Assembly (NCBI GenBank): GCA_964391885.1
Contig: CAYMNU010000068.1
Coordinates: 1-45,099 of the forward strand
Direction: 5' to 3'
Source of the DNA: an uncultured archaeon
GTDB lineage: Archaea; Altiarchaeota; Altiarchaeia; JAFGQM01
DNA length: 45,099 nucleotides
The position numbers and the translations under genes were made by a program. Positions 26,029 through 37,250 of the stretch are shown here, one piece after another. The notes under the pieces are model-generated. The model did no database searches, was not told where the DNA came from, and was given only the letters and a program-made list of their open reading frames with translations. Numbering within the stretch: position 1 is the first letter of the stretch; each line of letters begins with the position of its first letter.

Positions 26029-27393
26029 ATGAAACTTACTTTTTGCGGTGCCGCCCGCATAGTGACCGGCTCCTGTCATCTTCTGGAAATAGGCAATGAG
26101 AAGCATCTTATCGACTGCGGCATGTTCCAGGGTCCCAAAGAGATAACAAAACTGAATTATGAGAATTTCTTATTCGACCCGAAAGAGATAAACTCAGTAT
26201 TCCTTACACACGCCCACATAGACCATTCCGGGCTTTTGCCCAAGCTGGTCGACCAGGGCTTTACCGGCAGAATCTTTGCAACGCCCGCCACTAAAGATCT
26301 CTGTAAGATAATGCTCGAGGACAGCGCGGAGGTTCAAGTATCCCAAAACGAACATGAAAACCGCAGGAGGCAAGAAGACGGGTTACCGTCGAGAGAGCCG
26401 CTTTACACGAGAATAGAAGCCAAGGATGCAATGAGGCTCTTCAGGGATGTCAGGTATGGCGAAATGCAAAGGATTAGTGATAATGTTTCGGTCAGATACC
26501 AGGATGCGGGCCACATACTCGGCTCGGCGATAATCGAGGTGTTTGCAAAAGAGGGCGGCAAGGAAAAGAAGATAGTCTTTTCAGGCGACCTCGGCCAGTG
26601 GAACAATCCAATAATCCGCGACCCCACAATCATCAGCGAAGCCGATTATCTCCTCATAGAGTCCACATACGGCGACCGCCTGCATGAAGACGTGAAAGAG
26701 CGTGAGTCGCTCTTGTTGAAATATGCGAAGGAAACCTATGACAAGGGCGGCAAGCTTTTCATTCCCTCTTTCGCGGTTGAGAGGACCCAGGAGCTGCTGT
26801 ATACGATAAAGAAATTATCTGATTTCCCAAAAGAGACTATCTTCCTGGACAGCCCGCTGGCCATGCGTGCAACAAATGTATTCATAAAACACCCTGAGTG
26901 CTATGACGAGGAGACTCGGGCAGCCAGCGAGCCGCTGAGGCTCGCCAGGATGAAATATACGGCCTCCGTACAGGACTCAAAGAAAATCAACAGGTATTCC
27001 ATGCCTTGTGTGGTCATCGCAGGAAGCGGCATGTGCACCGGCGGGCGCATACGGCATCATCTGAGGAATGGCATTGAGGACAGGAGAAACACTGTTCTTT
27101 TTGTGGGCTACCAGGCAGAGGGTACTTTGGGCAGGCATATCCTCGACGGAGAAAGCGTCATCCGAATGATGGGCATGGATTTTTCTGTGCGCATGGACGT
27201 GAGGAAAATAGACGGCTTTTCGGCGCATGCGGATTCAAACGAGCTGGTTAAATGGGCATCCGGATTCAAGACGAATCCAAAAGTATTCATAGTCCATGGC
27301 GAGCCGGCGGCGGCAGAATCCCTTAAGGAAAAACTGGATGCCATAGGCCTTAGCTCAAAGGTAGCCTCAATGCTGGAGACTGTTGAATTATAA
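26029..27393 (+). CDS. Metallo-beta-lactamase/beta-CASP ribonuclease
   Basis: THAHIDHSG, AGHILGS, SGDLG, ESTYG, FSAHAD, VHGE. Confidence 0.93.
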   Translation: MKLTFCGAARIVTGSCHLLEIGNEKHLIDCGMFQGPKEITKLNYENFLFDPKEINSVFLTHAHIDHSGLLPKLVDQGFTGRIFATPATKDLCKIMLEDSAEVQVSQNEHENRRRQEDGLPSREPLYTRIEAKDAMRLFRDVRYGEMQRISDNVSVRYQDAGHILGSAIIEVFAKEGGKEKKIVFSGDLGQWNNPIIRDPTIISEADYLLIESTYGDRLHEDVKERESLLLKYAKETYDKGGKLFIPSFAVERTQELLYTIKKLSDFPKETIFLDSPLAMRATNVFIKHPECYDEETRAASEPLRLARMKYTASVQDSKKINRYSMPCVVIAGSGMCTGGRIRHHLRNGIEDRRNTVLFVGYQAEGTLGRHILDGESVIRMMGMDFSVRMDVRKIDGFSAHADSNELVKWASGFKTNPKVFIVHGEPAAAESLKEKLDAIGLSSKVASMLETVEL

Positions 27394-27417
27394 CCCAAAC
27401 CTATAAAACAAAGCATC

Positions 27418-27594
27418 TCACGGCGGGTGGGGTGTCAGGACAGCCATCTTAGCCATCTCCCTTTGGCGGAACCTGTGCTCGCTGTTCCACCTTTCTTTTA
27501 TAGTCAGCTTATGCAAAGGGTCCGACGGCGGCTTCCTCATTTGCAGCCCCAGTTTCACGCCCATGTCTCTCCAGTGAGCCTCTTGCGGCGACAT
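27418..27594 (-). CDS. Small basic hypothetical protein downstream of enolase
   Basis: MSPQEAHWRDMGVKLGLQMRKPP...; fills an otherwise empty gap of about 230 nt; start uncertain. Confidence 0.4.
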   Translation of the reverse strand: MSPQEAHWRDMGVKLGLQMRKPPSDPLHKLTIKERWNSEHRFRQREMAKMAVLTPHPP

Positions 27595-27622
27595 GGGGCG
27601 CGTCCTTCCCAGTCCATATATG

Positions 27623-29600
<1,978 letters not shown>

Positions 29601-29664
29601 GTTAATTTATTTGACGCTACCATATAAATACTTTAACAGTATATGTCTACATAAGCGATTTAAG

Positions 29665-29952
29665 ATGAAAAGACCGATTACTCCGGGACCCAAGAGGGTC
29701 GTAGGCAGCAGGGCCAGGGGACTCAAGAACGTAGTCCCGTTCGGGGCAGAGGCTGATCGCGCAGCCCGCAGGGGGGATAAGGCGAGCACATTATCTTTGA
29801 TGCAAAAAAGCCGAACAAAGCTATTGGCAGACATGGAGCAGCTAAACCAGCTCCATAATGGAGAAAAAAATACCACACGTAGAAAGCAACTAATGAGGCA
29901 GATGAGAGTCGTAAATAACCGCCTTCTGGAGCTTGATTATCACCTTGAATAG
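29665..29952 (+). CDS. Orphan basic helical protein
   Basis: MKRPITPGPKRVVGSRARG... followed by a coiled-coil-like region; TATA-like TATAAATA/TTTAA upstream. Confidence 0.6.
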   Translation: MKRPITPGPKRVVGSRARGLKNVVPFGAEADRAARRGDKASTLSLMQKSRTKLLADMEQLNQLHNGEKNTTRRKQLMRQMRVVNNRLLELDYHLE

Positions 29953-29977
29953 TTCAGCTATATAAAAAATTAATTAA

Positions 29978-30574
29978 ATGAAACTGACGCCCGTTTTCTC
30001 GCAGGATTTTGCATCTAATATCTACCTCCTCAAAGATGAAAAGAGCGCATTAATAGATGCCAGCATGTTCCCGGAAGGCCTAGAAACTCTGGATTATCTT
30101 ATTTTGACACACTGCCACTTCGACCACACAGGTATGGCGAAAGAAATTCAAGAGAAGACGGGCTGCAAGATAATGATGAGCGAGGCAGAGTCAGAGTTCT
30201 TCGAAGCAGACCGCCCAGCCGCAAGCGCAGCGAAGTTCTTTGATTTTTCTCCTGACCTGGATTTCACAATAGACCGGAGACTCAAACCGGGGGACAAGAT
30301 AGATCTTGGCGGCACAGGGCTTGAAGTGATTCTCACACCTGGCCACACGCCCGGTTCGATATCCCTTTACGAACCGGAAAACAAGTTGCTATTCAGCGGT
30401 GATACCGTGGTCGCTGAAGGTTTTGGGAGGTATGATCTCCTCGGCGGAGATCGCGAGGCTTTGAAAAAATCAATAGCGTCGCTCGCAAAACTGGATGTCA
30501 AAGAGATGTTCCCCGGCCACGGGCCTGCAAGAGAAGGGAATGTCGCCGCTTATCTTAATTCGATTGTAGTGTAG
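29978..30574 (+). CDS. Glyoxalase II-like metallo-beta-lactamase fold hydrolase
   Basis: THCHFDH, TPGHTPGS, SGDT, PGHG. Confidence 0.9.
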   Translation: MKLTPVFSQDFASNIYLLKDEKSALIDASMFPEGLETLDYLILTHCHFDHTGMAKEIQEKTGCKIMMSEAESEFFEADRPAASAAKFFDFSPDLDFTIDRRLKPGDKIDLGGTGLEVILTPGHTPGSISLYEPENKLLFSGDTVVAEGFGRYDLLGGDREALKKSIASLAKLDVKEMFPGHGPAREGNVAAYLNSIVV

Positions 30575-30598
30575 GCTGCCAGTGACCTGTCCTAATCA

Positions 30599-31309
30599 CT
30601 ATTCTTCTGAAAGCAGGCTCTCATAAATCTCTTCATGCGAGAGTGTTTTCCCGTCTTTCATGACGCGCATGGAGTCCGCGGATATCTCGTCGACCAAGGT
30701 GACTTTGCCATCAACCAGCCCGAACTCGACCTTCATATCGACCAGGTCCAAACCCTTGGCATCCAAATCCTGTGATATCAGCTGTGCAATTCGCTTCGTC
30801 AGCTCCCTGCCCCTCTCTAACTGCTCTCGCGTCATCAGCCCGAGAGTAACGATTGCATCGTCGTTTATAAGGGGGTCCCCTCTTTCATCATCCTTAAGGG
30901 TTACTTCTACCAAGTAGTCCAAGTCCTGCATCTCTTTGGCGTACTTTTTGTAGCGCCTTAAAAAGCTGCCGTATGCGGATTTGCGGCAGACGAACTCAAG
31001 GCCGCCTGTCGGGTCCATGCCCCTTCCCGGGAGCTCAGCCTCCCTGGCTTCCATCCTGCCGTTCTCTAAATCGACGGAGACTATGTGCGAAGGTATGTCT
31101 TCCTTCTTGAGCAGCTCGTAAAAGTAGTTGGTTAGCGCGAGCGACATCCTGCCTTTGCCCTTAATCTGGCCAATGACCGTGTTACAGCCAGGGTCTACCC
31201 TATCACCCTCGCCTGTCACGTCGTCTTTGAAGACGAAGAGCAGGTTGCCGTTCTCCAACCTGTAGATATCCTTTGTTTTGCCTGTGTATACTTTCTGAGA
31301 TTCGTCCAT
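30599..31309 (-). CDS. purC: SAICAR synthetase
   Basis: GKTKDIY, FKDD, GSFLRRY, TLKDD..GDP, LVDMKVEFG, DEISADSMR. Confidence 0.93.
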   Translation of the reverse strand: MDESQKVYTGKTKDIYRLENGNLLFVFKDDVTGEGDRVDPGCNTVIGQIKGKGRMSLALTNYFYELLKKEDIPSHIVSVDLENGRMEAREAELPGRGMDPTGGLEFVCRKSAYGSFLRRYKKYAKEMQDLDYLVEVTLKDDERGDPLINDDAIVTLGLMTREQLERGRELTKRIAQLISQDLDAKGLDLVDMKVEFGLVDGKVTLVDEISADSMRVMKDGKTLSHEEIYESLLSEE

Positions 31310-31365
31310 TTTTCCAATGATTTTCGACTACTTGTATTTAGTTAGTATATTATAAAAGCAATTGG

Positions 31366-31710
31366 TCATTCATTGACTAAACCTATTTCATCCCCTTCTC
31401 GGATGTCCATAAACACTTCTAGACCTGTTTTGACTTCCCCTATAATAGCAACCTCGCTCACCGGCTGCGTCCTGCCGTAGAACACGCAGAAGCATCTCCC
31501 CGGCGGCCAGTAGGCTACGTCGCCTTGGCTCACTCTCGCGGTCATCAGTCTTATGTCCTCAGCTTTCAGTGCCACTGGAATCTCAAAGTAGAGCTCCTCC
31601 TGCCAGCACTGCGCGACTCCCTTGATCGGCAGTGCAACCTTCACGGCATTGGCCGCTTCGCTACTGTTCAATTCAATCTCAGACACAAAGTCCCCTGACC
31701 TGAGCTTCAC
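31366..31710 (-). CDS. Cyclophilin-like fold protein (TM1367/DUF369-like)
   Basis: WQEELYFEIP, GDVAYWPPG..CVFYG..QP; GTGA overlap with pheS. Confidence 0.85.
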   Translation of the reverse strand: MKLRSGDFVSEIELNSSEAANAVKVALPIKGVAQCWQEELYFEIPVALKAEDIRLMTARVSQGDVAYWPPGRCFCVFYGRTQPVSEVAIIGEVKTGLEVFMDIREGDEIGLVNE

Positions 31711-33161
31711 AGTACCTCCCTGATATTGAATGACCTCAGCCAGTCAAGATCGTTCTTGTAGAAAGTCCTAAGGTCATCCAGCCCCATCTTCAGCATAAGC
31801 GGCCTCTCCAAGCCAAGCCCCCATGCAAGAACCGGGACATCCTTGCCAAGCAGCGGCTTGACTACTTCTGGCCTGAATATGCCCGAGCCGCCCAGCTCCA
31901 CCCACTCTTTCTTCTCTTCAAAATACACTTCGGGCTCGCAGCTCATCTCAGTGTAGGGGAAGTAGGCAGGCCTAAATCTCACCTTCTTGAAGCCCAGCTT
32001 GTTGTAGAATTCTTTGAGATACCATAGGAGGTTCCTAAAGTTCACATCCTCGCCGATGACTATGCCCTCTACTTGGTGAAACTCTGCCAGGTGTTTGTAG
32101 TCAAGAGTCTCATTCCTGAAGACACGCCCGATAGAGAATGTCTTTGAGGGTATCTCTGCGTTTCTCAGACTGCGTGCCGACACCGCGGTGGTGTGCGTTC
32201 TCAAAACGGACTGCATTGCGACTTTCGGGTCCCACTTATATTGCCAGCCGCGCGAGCCGATGCCGCCGCCATCCTCATGCATGCCCTTCACTTGGGTATG
32301 TTGGCTGGGAAGATCATGCTTGATATCTTCTATGTAGAATGTGTCTGCCATCTCCCTTGCGGGGTGGTCCTGCGGCTGGAAGAGGGCATCGAAATTCCAA
32401 AATGCACTCTCTACGAAATTGCCCCCTGCCTCGTTGAAGCCCATCTCGAGGAATATCCTCCTTATCTTCTCGACTGCTATCTTCAGGGGATGCAGCTTGG
32501 CGGGCCAGACCCCCTCAGCCTCTCTAATGCCATACTCCCTGAATTTTTTACCCTTCCATGAGCCGCTCTTGAGCATCTCATGCGTGAGCGATGAAATCCC
32601 AGAGTCGCCGCTGGCCGGTTTTTTCAGTAACTCTCTTCCTTTGGGCGTCAGCTCTGCTTCAATGAGTTTGATTTCCCTGATTTCAATATTGCCCTGCCGT
32701 CTGGAAAGCAGTTCAATGGCATCCTCATAATCTCTTAGCTCGCTTCTCTTCTTATTGCCCCCGGCTAGTAGCTCCAGCAGCTCTTGGTCTTTGCCCTTAT
32801 CTGCTTTTTTGCCTGCTTCGGTTATAACAAGTTTTCCATTTTCTATACCTGCCCAGCCTTTCTTTTTTAGCCACATGACTACTATGGGAGTCTCTTTGTC
32901 AAATTCGCTTACTGGAACTGGGCCTTTCTTAACCCTTTCCAAGGCCCTGGCCTCGGGTAGCCCTTCCTTAGCGTAAAGCATACCCTCATCACCCAATGAG
33001 ATTATTTCATCACGACTTTCGGAGAGCTTTACAAGCCCCTCTTTGGCGAGGCCCTGTGCAGCCGAATACGTGCCGTCGCCCAGCCCTAACTCTCTCCCAG
33101 CCTCTTGAAGGGATTTCTTTTCCAAGAGCCTTAAAAGCCGCAGTTCAGTCTCCGAAGCCAT
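31707..33161 (-). CDS. pheS: Phenylalanyl-tRNA synthetase alpha subunit (archaeal long form)
   Basis: WNFDALFQPQDHPAR, LRTHTT, FRNE, EFHQVEG, FPYTE, WGLGLER. Confidence 0.97.
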   Translation of the reverse strand: MASETELRLLRLLEKKSLQEAGRELGLGDGTYSAAQGLAKEGLVKLSESRDEIISLGDEGMLYAKEGLPEARALERVKKGPVPVSEFDKETPIVVMWLKKKGWAGIENGKLVITEAGKKADKGKDQELLELLAGGNKKRSELRDYEDAIELLSRRQGNIEIREIKLIEAELTPKGRELLKKPASGDSGISSLTHEMLKSGSWKGKKFREYGIREAEGVWPAKLHPLKIAVEKIRRIFLEMGFNEAGGNFVESAFWNFDALFQPQDHPAREMADTFYIEDIKHDLPSQHTQVKGMHEDGGGIGSRGWQYKWDPKVAMQSVLRTHTTAVSARSLRNAEIPSKTFSIGRVFRNETLDYKHLAEFHQVEGIVIGEDVNFRNLLWYLKEFYNKLGFKKVRFRPAYFPYTEMSCEPEVYFEEKKEWVELGGSGIFRPEVVKPLLGKDVPVLAWGLGLERPLMLKMGLDDLRTFYKNDLDWLRSFNIREVL

Positions 33162-33192
33162 CGCTAAGAATTAGCAGAGGGCAGGTAAAAAA

Positions 33193-33358
33193 CGTATAAG
33201 TAACATACAACTGAATCAGTCCCAATTCTAAAACACATTGCAATAGTTGAAGTTATACGTTACTCGTATAACACAACCACCCCCGTCACTTCCCCTATTG
33301 TTGCATGTTTTAAAGCTTTTTTAGCTTTTAATTTTGAATAAAGGCGCTGTGTTATACG
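33193..33358. promoter_or_regulatory. Repeated GTTATACG half-sites in the pheS/ftsZ divergent region
   Basis: GTTATACG-N5-CGTATAAC (33252-33272), a third copy at 33351-33358, and a 7/8 copy CGTATAAG at 33193-33200. Confidence 0.55.
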
Positions 33359-33423
33359 GGGGCGACATACCGCGACGTTTGCGAGATGTTTCCCGAATCA
33401 CACTAAATTCTAAAGGGTGGAAA

Positions 33424-34533
33424 ATGAGAAAAATAATAAAGAGTGCGCTCGACAAGAACTCGACGCGCTTCGAGGGTGGAGAACTGAGCGAAGTTGACCA
33501 GCAGCTGATGAAGCTGATTGACGGTCTAAAGACTTCTATAAAGGTAGTGGGCGTAGGCGGCGCGGGATGCAACACAGTCACGCGATTGTCTGAAATGGGC
33601 ATAGATGGCTCCGAGACCATTACGATGAACACGGATGCGCAGGACTTGCTTTATGCCGTGTCAGACAAGAAGGTGCTTCTGGGCGCAGAGCTCACAGGCG
33701 GATTGGGCGCTGGTGCAGATCCCGCAGTGGGCGAAAGCGCGGCCAAAGAAAATCTGGATGAGATCGCGACAGCATTACAGGGTAGCGACCTGACATTCAT
33801 CACCTGTGGTTTGGGTGGTGGCACAGGTTCCGGCGCAGCCCCAATAGTCGCCGAGGTGGCAAAGGATTCTGGGTCGGTGACTGTTGCAGTAGTCACTCTA
33901 CCATTTACCGTAGAGGGAAAGACCCGCTGGCAGAATGCCGAGCAGGGTCTTGCGAAACTAAGGAAGAACACGGATACGGTAATTGTAATACCAAACGACA
34001 AGCTTTTGCAGATAGTCCCTGATCTGCCCCTCAATGCGGCGTTCAAGGTTTCTGATGAGCTCTTGTCCAATTCGATAAGGGGCACGACCGAGATGGTCAC
34101 CAAGCCCGGTCTTGTCAACCTGGACTTCGCAGACCTGAGGACTGTTCTTGCCAATGGTGGGACTGCTGTAATAGGCATGGGTGAATCAACAAGCGAGACC
34201 TTCTCGGAAAACAGGGCCATCGAGGCTATCGAGGAAGCACTGCAATCTCCGCTGCTTGACATAGACGTCTCGACGGCAGACCGCGCGCTCGTCAACGTCA
34301 TCGGCGGGCCTGACATGACCTTGCAGGAAGCCGAAGCCGCAGTCGAGTATCTCTCAGGCAAGATAAGCCACGATTCCAACATCCTATGGGGTGCGCAGGT
34401 AGATGAGAACCTCGGCAAGAATGTGGTCAAGGTGATGCTGGTGGTCAGCGGAGTTAAGTCCGTGTCCGAGCTGACGGCGGGCTCGCCCCTCGGCGCCAAG
34501 CAGAAGATCGACCTGGATGTCGAGTACATATAA
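33424..34533 (+). CDS. ftsZ: Cell division protein FtsZ (FtsZ1 gene context)
   Basis: GVGGAGCN, NTDAQDL, GLGGGTGSG, VNLDFAD; upstream of secE-spt5-rpl11. Confidence 0.96.
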   Translation: MRKIIKSALDKNSTRFEGGELSEVDQQLMKLIDGLKTSIKVVGVGGAGCNTVTRLSEMGIDGSETITMNTDAQDLLYAVSDKKVLLGAELTGGLGAGADPAVGESAAKENLDEIATALQGSDLTFITCGLGGGTGSGAAPIVAEVAKDSGSVTVAVVTLPFTVEGKTRWQNAEQGLAKLRKNTDTVIVIPNDKLLQIVPDLPLNAAFKVSDELLSNSIRGTTEMVTKPGLVNLDFADLRTVLANGGTAVIGMGESTSETFSENRAIEAIEEALQSPLLDIDVSTADRALVNVIGGPDMTLQEAEAAVEYLSGKISHDSNILWGAQVDENLGKNVVKVMLVVSGVKSVSELTAGSPLGAKQKIDLDVEYI

Positions 34534-34542
34534 GAAAAACAC

Positions 34543-34590
34543 GGGGGCCAACCCCCCACTTTTTTCTTTTTTTATTATATTTTTTCTTCT
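34543..34590 (+). terminator. GC hairpin followed by long T tracts after ftsZ
   Basis: GGGGG-CCAA-CCCCC then TTTTTTCTTTTTTT. Confidence 0.7.
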
Positions 34591-34699
34591 GTCCGATACT
34601 TTTCTATAATCTCGCCTATTTTTATACCCATAAGCTCTAAATTCCCGCTCTTACTGGTTTAGGGCTAACTAAGAAAAGGGCATTTGCCCTTAATGTAAA

Positions 34700-34897
34700 A
34701 TGACAGGGACATCCACGTTCTCAATACTCAGGCGTTTTCCAAGCGAAGCTTCGCGCATACTAAAGCTATCAAAGAAGCCCACGCGTTCGGAGTTCGACGA
34801 TGTTGCGAAGGTAACGGGCCTTGGAATAGTAATCTTGGGCGTACTTGGTTTGGTTTTTGTGCTTGTTCGAGCCTTCCTCGAAGGGAAGTTCGCATGA
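34700..34897 (+). CDS. secE: Protein translocase SecE/Sec61-gamma
   Basis: RILKLSKKPTRSEF..VAKVTGLG plus one TM helix; conserved synteny. Confidence 0.92.
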   Translation: MTGTSTFSILRRFPSEASRILKLSKKPTRSEFDDVAKVTGLGIVILGVLGLVFVLVRAFLEGKFA

Positions 34898-34945
34898 AAT
34901 CCTTGGCAAGATAATTGAACAGAATAAATAACTATAACAAATAAA

Positions 34946-35758
34946 ATGGACGAAACCCACTTCTATCTCTTGAGGACGACGACGACGCAGGAAGACGCCG
35001 TAGTTGATATGCTATACCAGAAGGCTGTTACGGAGCCAGACTCCGGAGTATACGGCTTATTCCACCCCGCCCTCATAAAGGGATACGTCTTCATGGAAGC
35101 AAGAGATCTTGGTGATGCCATACAGCTAGTCCAGGGTGTCCCTCATACGAAGGGTTTTGTAAAAGGCGAAGTGGATTTCGAGAAAGAGGTCAAGCCTCTT
35201 CTGCAGCCCAAATCAAGTGTTTTGGACGTGAAGAAGGGTGATATGGTGGAGCTAATAGCCGGTCCGTTTAAGGGCGAGAAAGCCAAGGTCATACGTGTTG
35301 ACGATAACAAGGAAGAAGTAACAGTCGAGCTTATCGAGGCGACTGTCCCTATCCCCGTGACTGCAAAGGGCATGCACATAAAGGTATTCGACCGGGTTAC
35401 CCAGGAGGCTGCCGAGCAAAGCCGCCAAAAGGAGCGTGAAGAGCGGCGCCCGAGCAACAGCCCCTTCATAGGCGACGGTCCATTGCCCGCACTTAGGGTG
35501 GATGATTCCGAAGAGCCGGACGAGCCTGAAATAAAAGAGAAACCCAAGCCCAAAAAGATAGTATTGGGTGCTTCCGAGGGCGCAAAAGGCGAAAAGCCTG
35601 CAGAACCCGAAACAACCAAAGGGCATTCTGAAAAAGATTCTCCAGGCGATGAAGTCGAGGAAGACTACGATGAAAAGGCCGCAGAGGAAGAAGATGCCAA
35701 TTATTTCGCAGGTGACGACGATGATCCCGAAGAGATAGTCGGAAAAAAGGCAAAATAA
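34946..35758 (+). CDS. spt5: Transcription elongation factor Spt5 with long acidic C-terminal extension
   Basis: NGN domain (KGYVFME) and KOW domain (GDMVELIAGPFKGEKAKV, ATVPIPVT). Confidence 0.93.
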   Translation: MDETHFYLLRTTTTQEDAVVDMLYQKAVTEPDSGVYGLFHPALIKGYVFMEARDLGDAIQLVQGVPHTKGFVKGEVDFEKEVKPLLQPKSSVLDVKKGDMVELIAGPFKGEKAKVIRVDDNKEEVTVELIEATVPIPVTAKGMHIKVFDRVTQEAAEQSRQKEREERRPSNSPFIGDGPLPALRVDDSEEPDEPEIKEKPKPKKIVLGASEGAKGEKPAEPETTKGHSEKDSPGDEVEEDYDEKAAEEEDANYFAGDDDDPEEIVGKKAK

Positions 35759-35794
35759 TTTAAATAGCTTTACTCTCTAACTAGCGAGCATACG

Positions 35795-36529
35795 ATGGCA
35801 CAGACAATAAAGGTCTTGGTTGAAGCAGGAAAGGCGAATGCAGGTCCCCCTTTAGGTCCTGCTCTTGGTCCTACAGGGATTAATGTAGGCCAGGTGGTAG
35901 CCCAGATAAATGAAAAGACCAAGGCGTTTGCCGGCATGAAGCTGCCTGTTGAAGTCATCATAGGCAAGGACAACAGCGTAGAGATAAAAACAGGTTCTCC
36001 TCCCGTCTCTCAGATGATATTAAAGGAATTAAATCTTCAGAAGCTTTCGGGTAATCCCAAGTTAGAAAAAGTCGGTAACCTCTCTATCGAACAGGTCATC
36101 AAGCTAGCACAGGCAAAGCTGGACTCACTTAACTGCCTCCAGATGAAGAGCGCAGTCAAGACTATGATAGGCACTTGCGTTTCAATAGGCGTTCTTGTAG
36201 AGGGTATGGAACCTGCCGATGCAATAAAAGCAGTCAACGAAGGCAGGTTTGACACTGAGATTAATGAAGGGCGCACAGAGATGTCATCTGAGAAGAAGGC
36301 TCTTATGGCCCAGGAACTCACAGATAGGAAAGCTGAACTGGCCAAGGAAATGGCGGATCTCAAGGCTGAAGAAGAGAAAGAGAAGCCCACTGCCGCAGTC
36401 GTAGATGCAGAAGGCAAGGCGAGCGAAGAAGCCAAAGACGGCGATGCCAAGGAAGGCGAGAAGAAGGAATCAAGCCTGGATCGGAAAGCAGGAGACAAGA
36501 AGGGCGAGAAGCCGGGCGAGCATAAGTAG
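35795..36529 (+). CDS. rpl11: 50S ribosomal protein uL11 with charged C-terminal extension
   Basis: GKANAGPPLGPALGP, GTCVSIGV. Confidence 0.95.
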   Translation: MAQTIKVLVEAGKANAGPPLGPALGPTGINVGQVVAQINEKTKAFAGMKLPVEVIIGKDNSVEIKTGSPPVSQMILKELNLQKLSGNPKLEKVGNLSIEQVIKLAQAKLDSLNCLQMKSAVKTMIGTCVSIGVLVEGMEPADAIKAVNEGRFDTEINEGRTEMSSEKKALMAQELTDRKAELAKEMADLKAEEEKEKPTAAVVDAEGKASEEAKDGDAKEGEKKESSLDRKAGDKKGEKPGEHK

Positions 36530-36580
36530 GCCCGCAAACATCTTTACTCGTTTTTATACCTGATGTTTCAAACTTACCGC

Positions 36581-36614
36581 ACTGCCTTTGCGAAACCCTC
36601 AGGTTTCATGCAGT
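36581..36614 (+). promoter_or_regulatory. Stem-loop in the rpl1 leader
   Basis: ACTGC..GAAACC-CTCA-GGTTTC..GCAGT, downstream of TTTTTATA (36551-36558) and 8 nt before the ATG. Confidence 0.4.
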
Positions 36615-36622
36615 AGTTCACA

Positions 36623-37249
36623 ATGAACGACCAAGATGTTCTGAAAGTACTTCCAGAAGTAAGAAAGGGTGAAAAGCGCAAGTTTACCCAGTCCATTGAT
36701 GTAGTTTTCAATCTACAGAATATAGATTTCAAGAACCCCAATAACCGCATTGATATAAAAGTTACTTTGCCAGCCGGCAGAGGAAAAACGCTTAAGGTAG
36801 GACTTTTCGGCGACACCGATTTCCTGAGCAAGGCCAAGTCGGCCGACCTCAAAATAACTGACAAGGAGATTAAGAAAAGCCCAAAAGAGATGCGGAAGAT
36901 TGCAGAGTCTATGGATTTCTTTATTGCACAAGCCACTCTCATGGTGGAGATCGGCAAGACATGGGGTAAATACCTTTCCACGAGGGGTAAGATGCCACAG
37001 CCTCTCCCCCCCGCGGCAGATCCAACACCTATGATAACAAGGCTTAAAAATACCGTAGTCCTCAAGAGCAAGGGCAATACACCCCAAACCCTATCTTGCT
37101 CGATTGGCATGGAAAGCCAGAAGGACGAGGAGATAGCAAAGAATGTAGTCGCAGTATACAATGCATTGATGGAGAAGCTACCTTCCAAAGAAAACAATCT
37201 CAAATCATTTTTCATAAAGACGACCATGGGATCGCCCCTAAAACTGTAA
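36623..37249 (+). CDS. rpl1: 50S ribosomal protein uL1
   Basis: RKFTQSID, GKYLSTRGKMP, IKTTMG. Confidence 0.95.
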   Translation: MNDQDVLKVLPEVRKGEKRKFTQSIDVVFNLQNIDFKNPNNRIDIKVTLPAGRGKTLKVGLFGDTDFLSKAKSADLKITDKEIKKSPKEMRKIAESMDFFIAQATLMVEIGKTWGKYLSTRGKMPQPLPPAADPTPMITRLKNTVVLKSKGNTPQTLSCSIGMESQKDEEIAKNVVAVYNALMEKLPSKENNLKSFFIKTTMGSPLKL

Positions 37250-37250
37250 A

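Noticed and set aside
27394-27622. SRP RNA or RNase P RNA
   Set aside because: Only loose resemblance (GAGGAAG, CAGG..GGAG); the conserved helix-8 and P4 consensus sequences were not found and the region is short.
33651-34559. 302-aa minus-strand ORF
   Set aside because: Antisense shadow of ftsZ; S/T/P-rich with no motifs.
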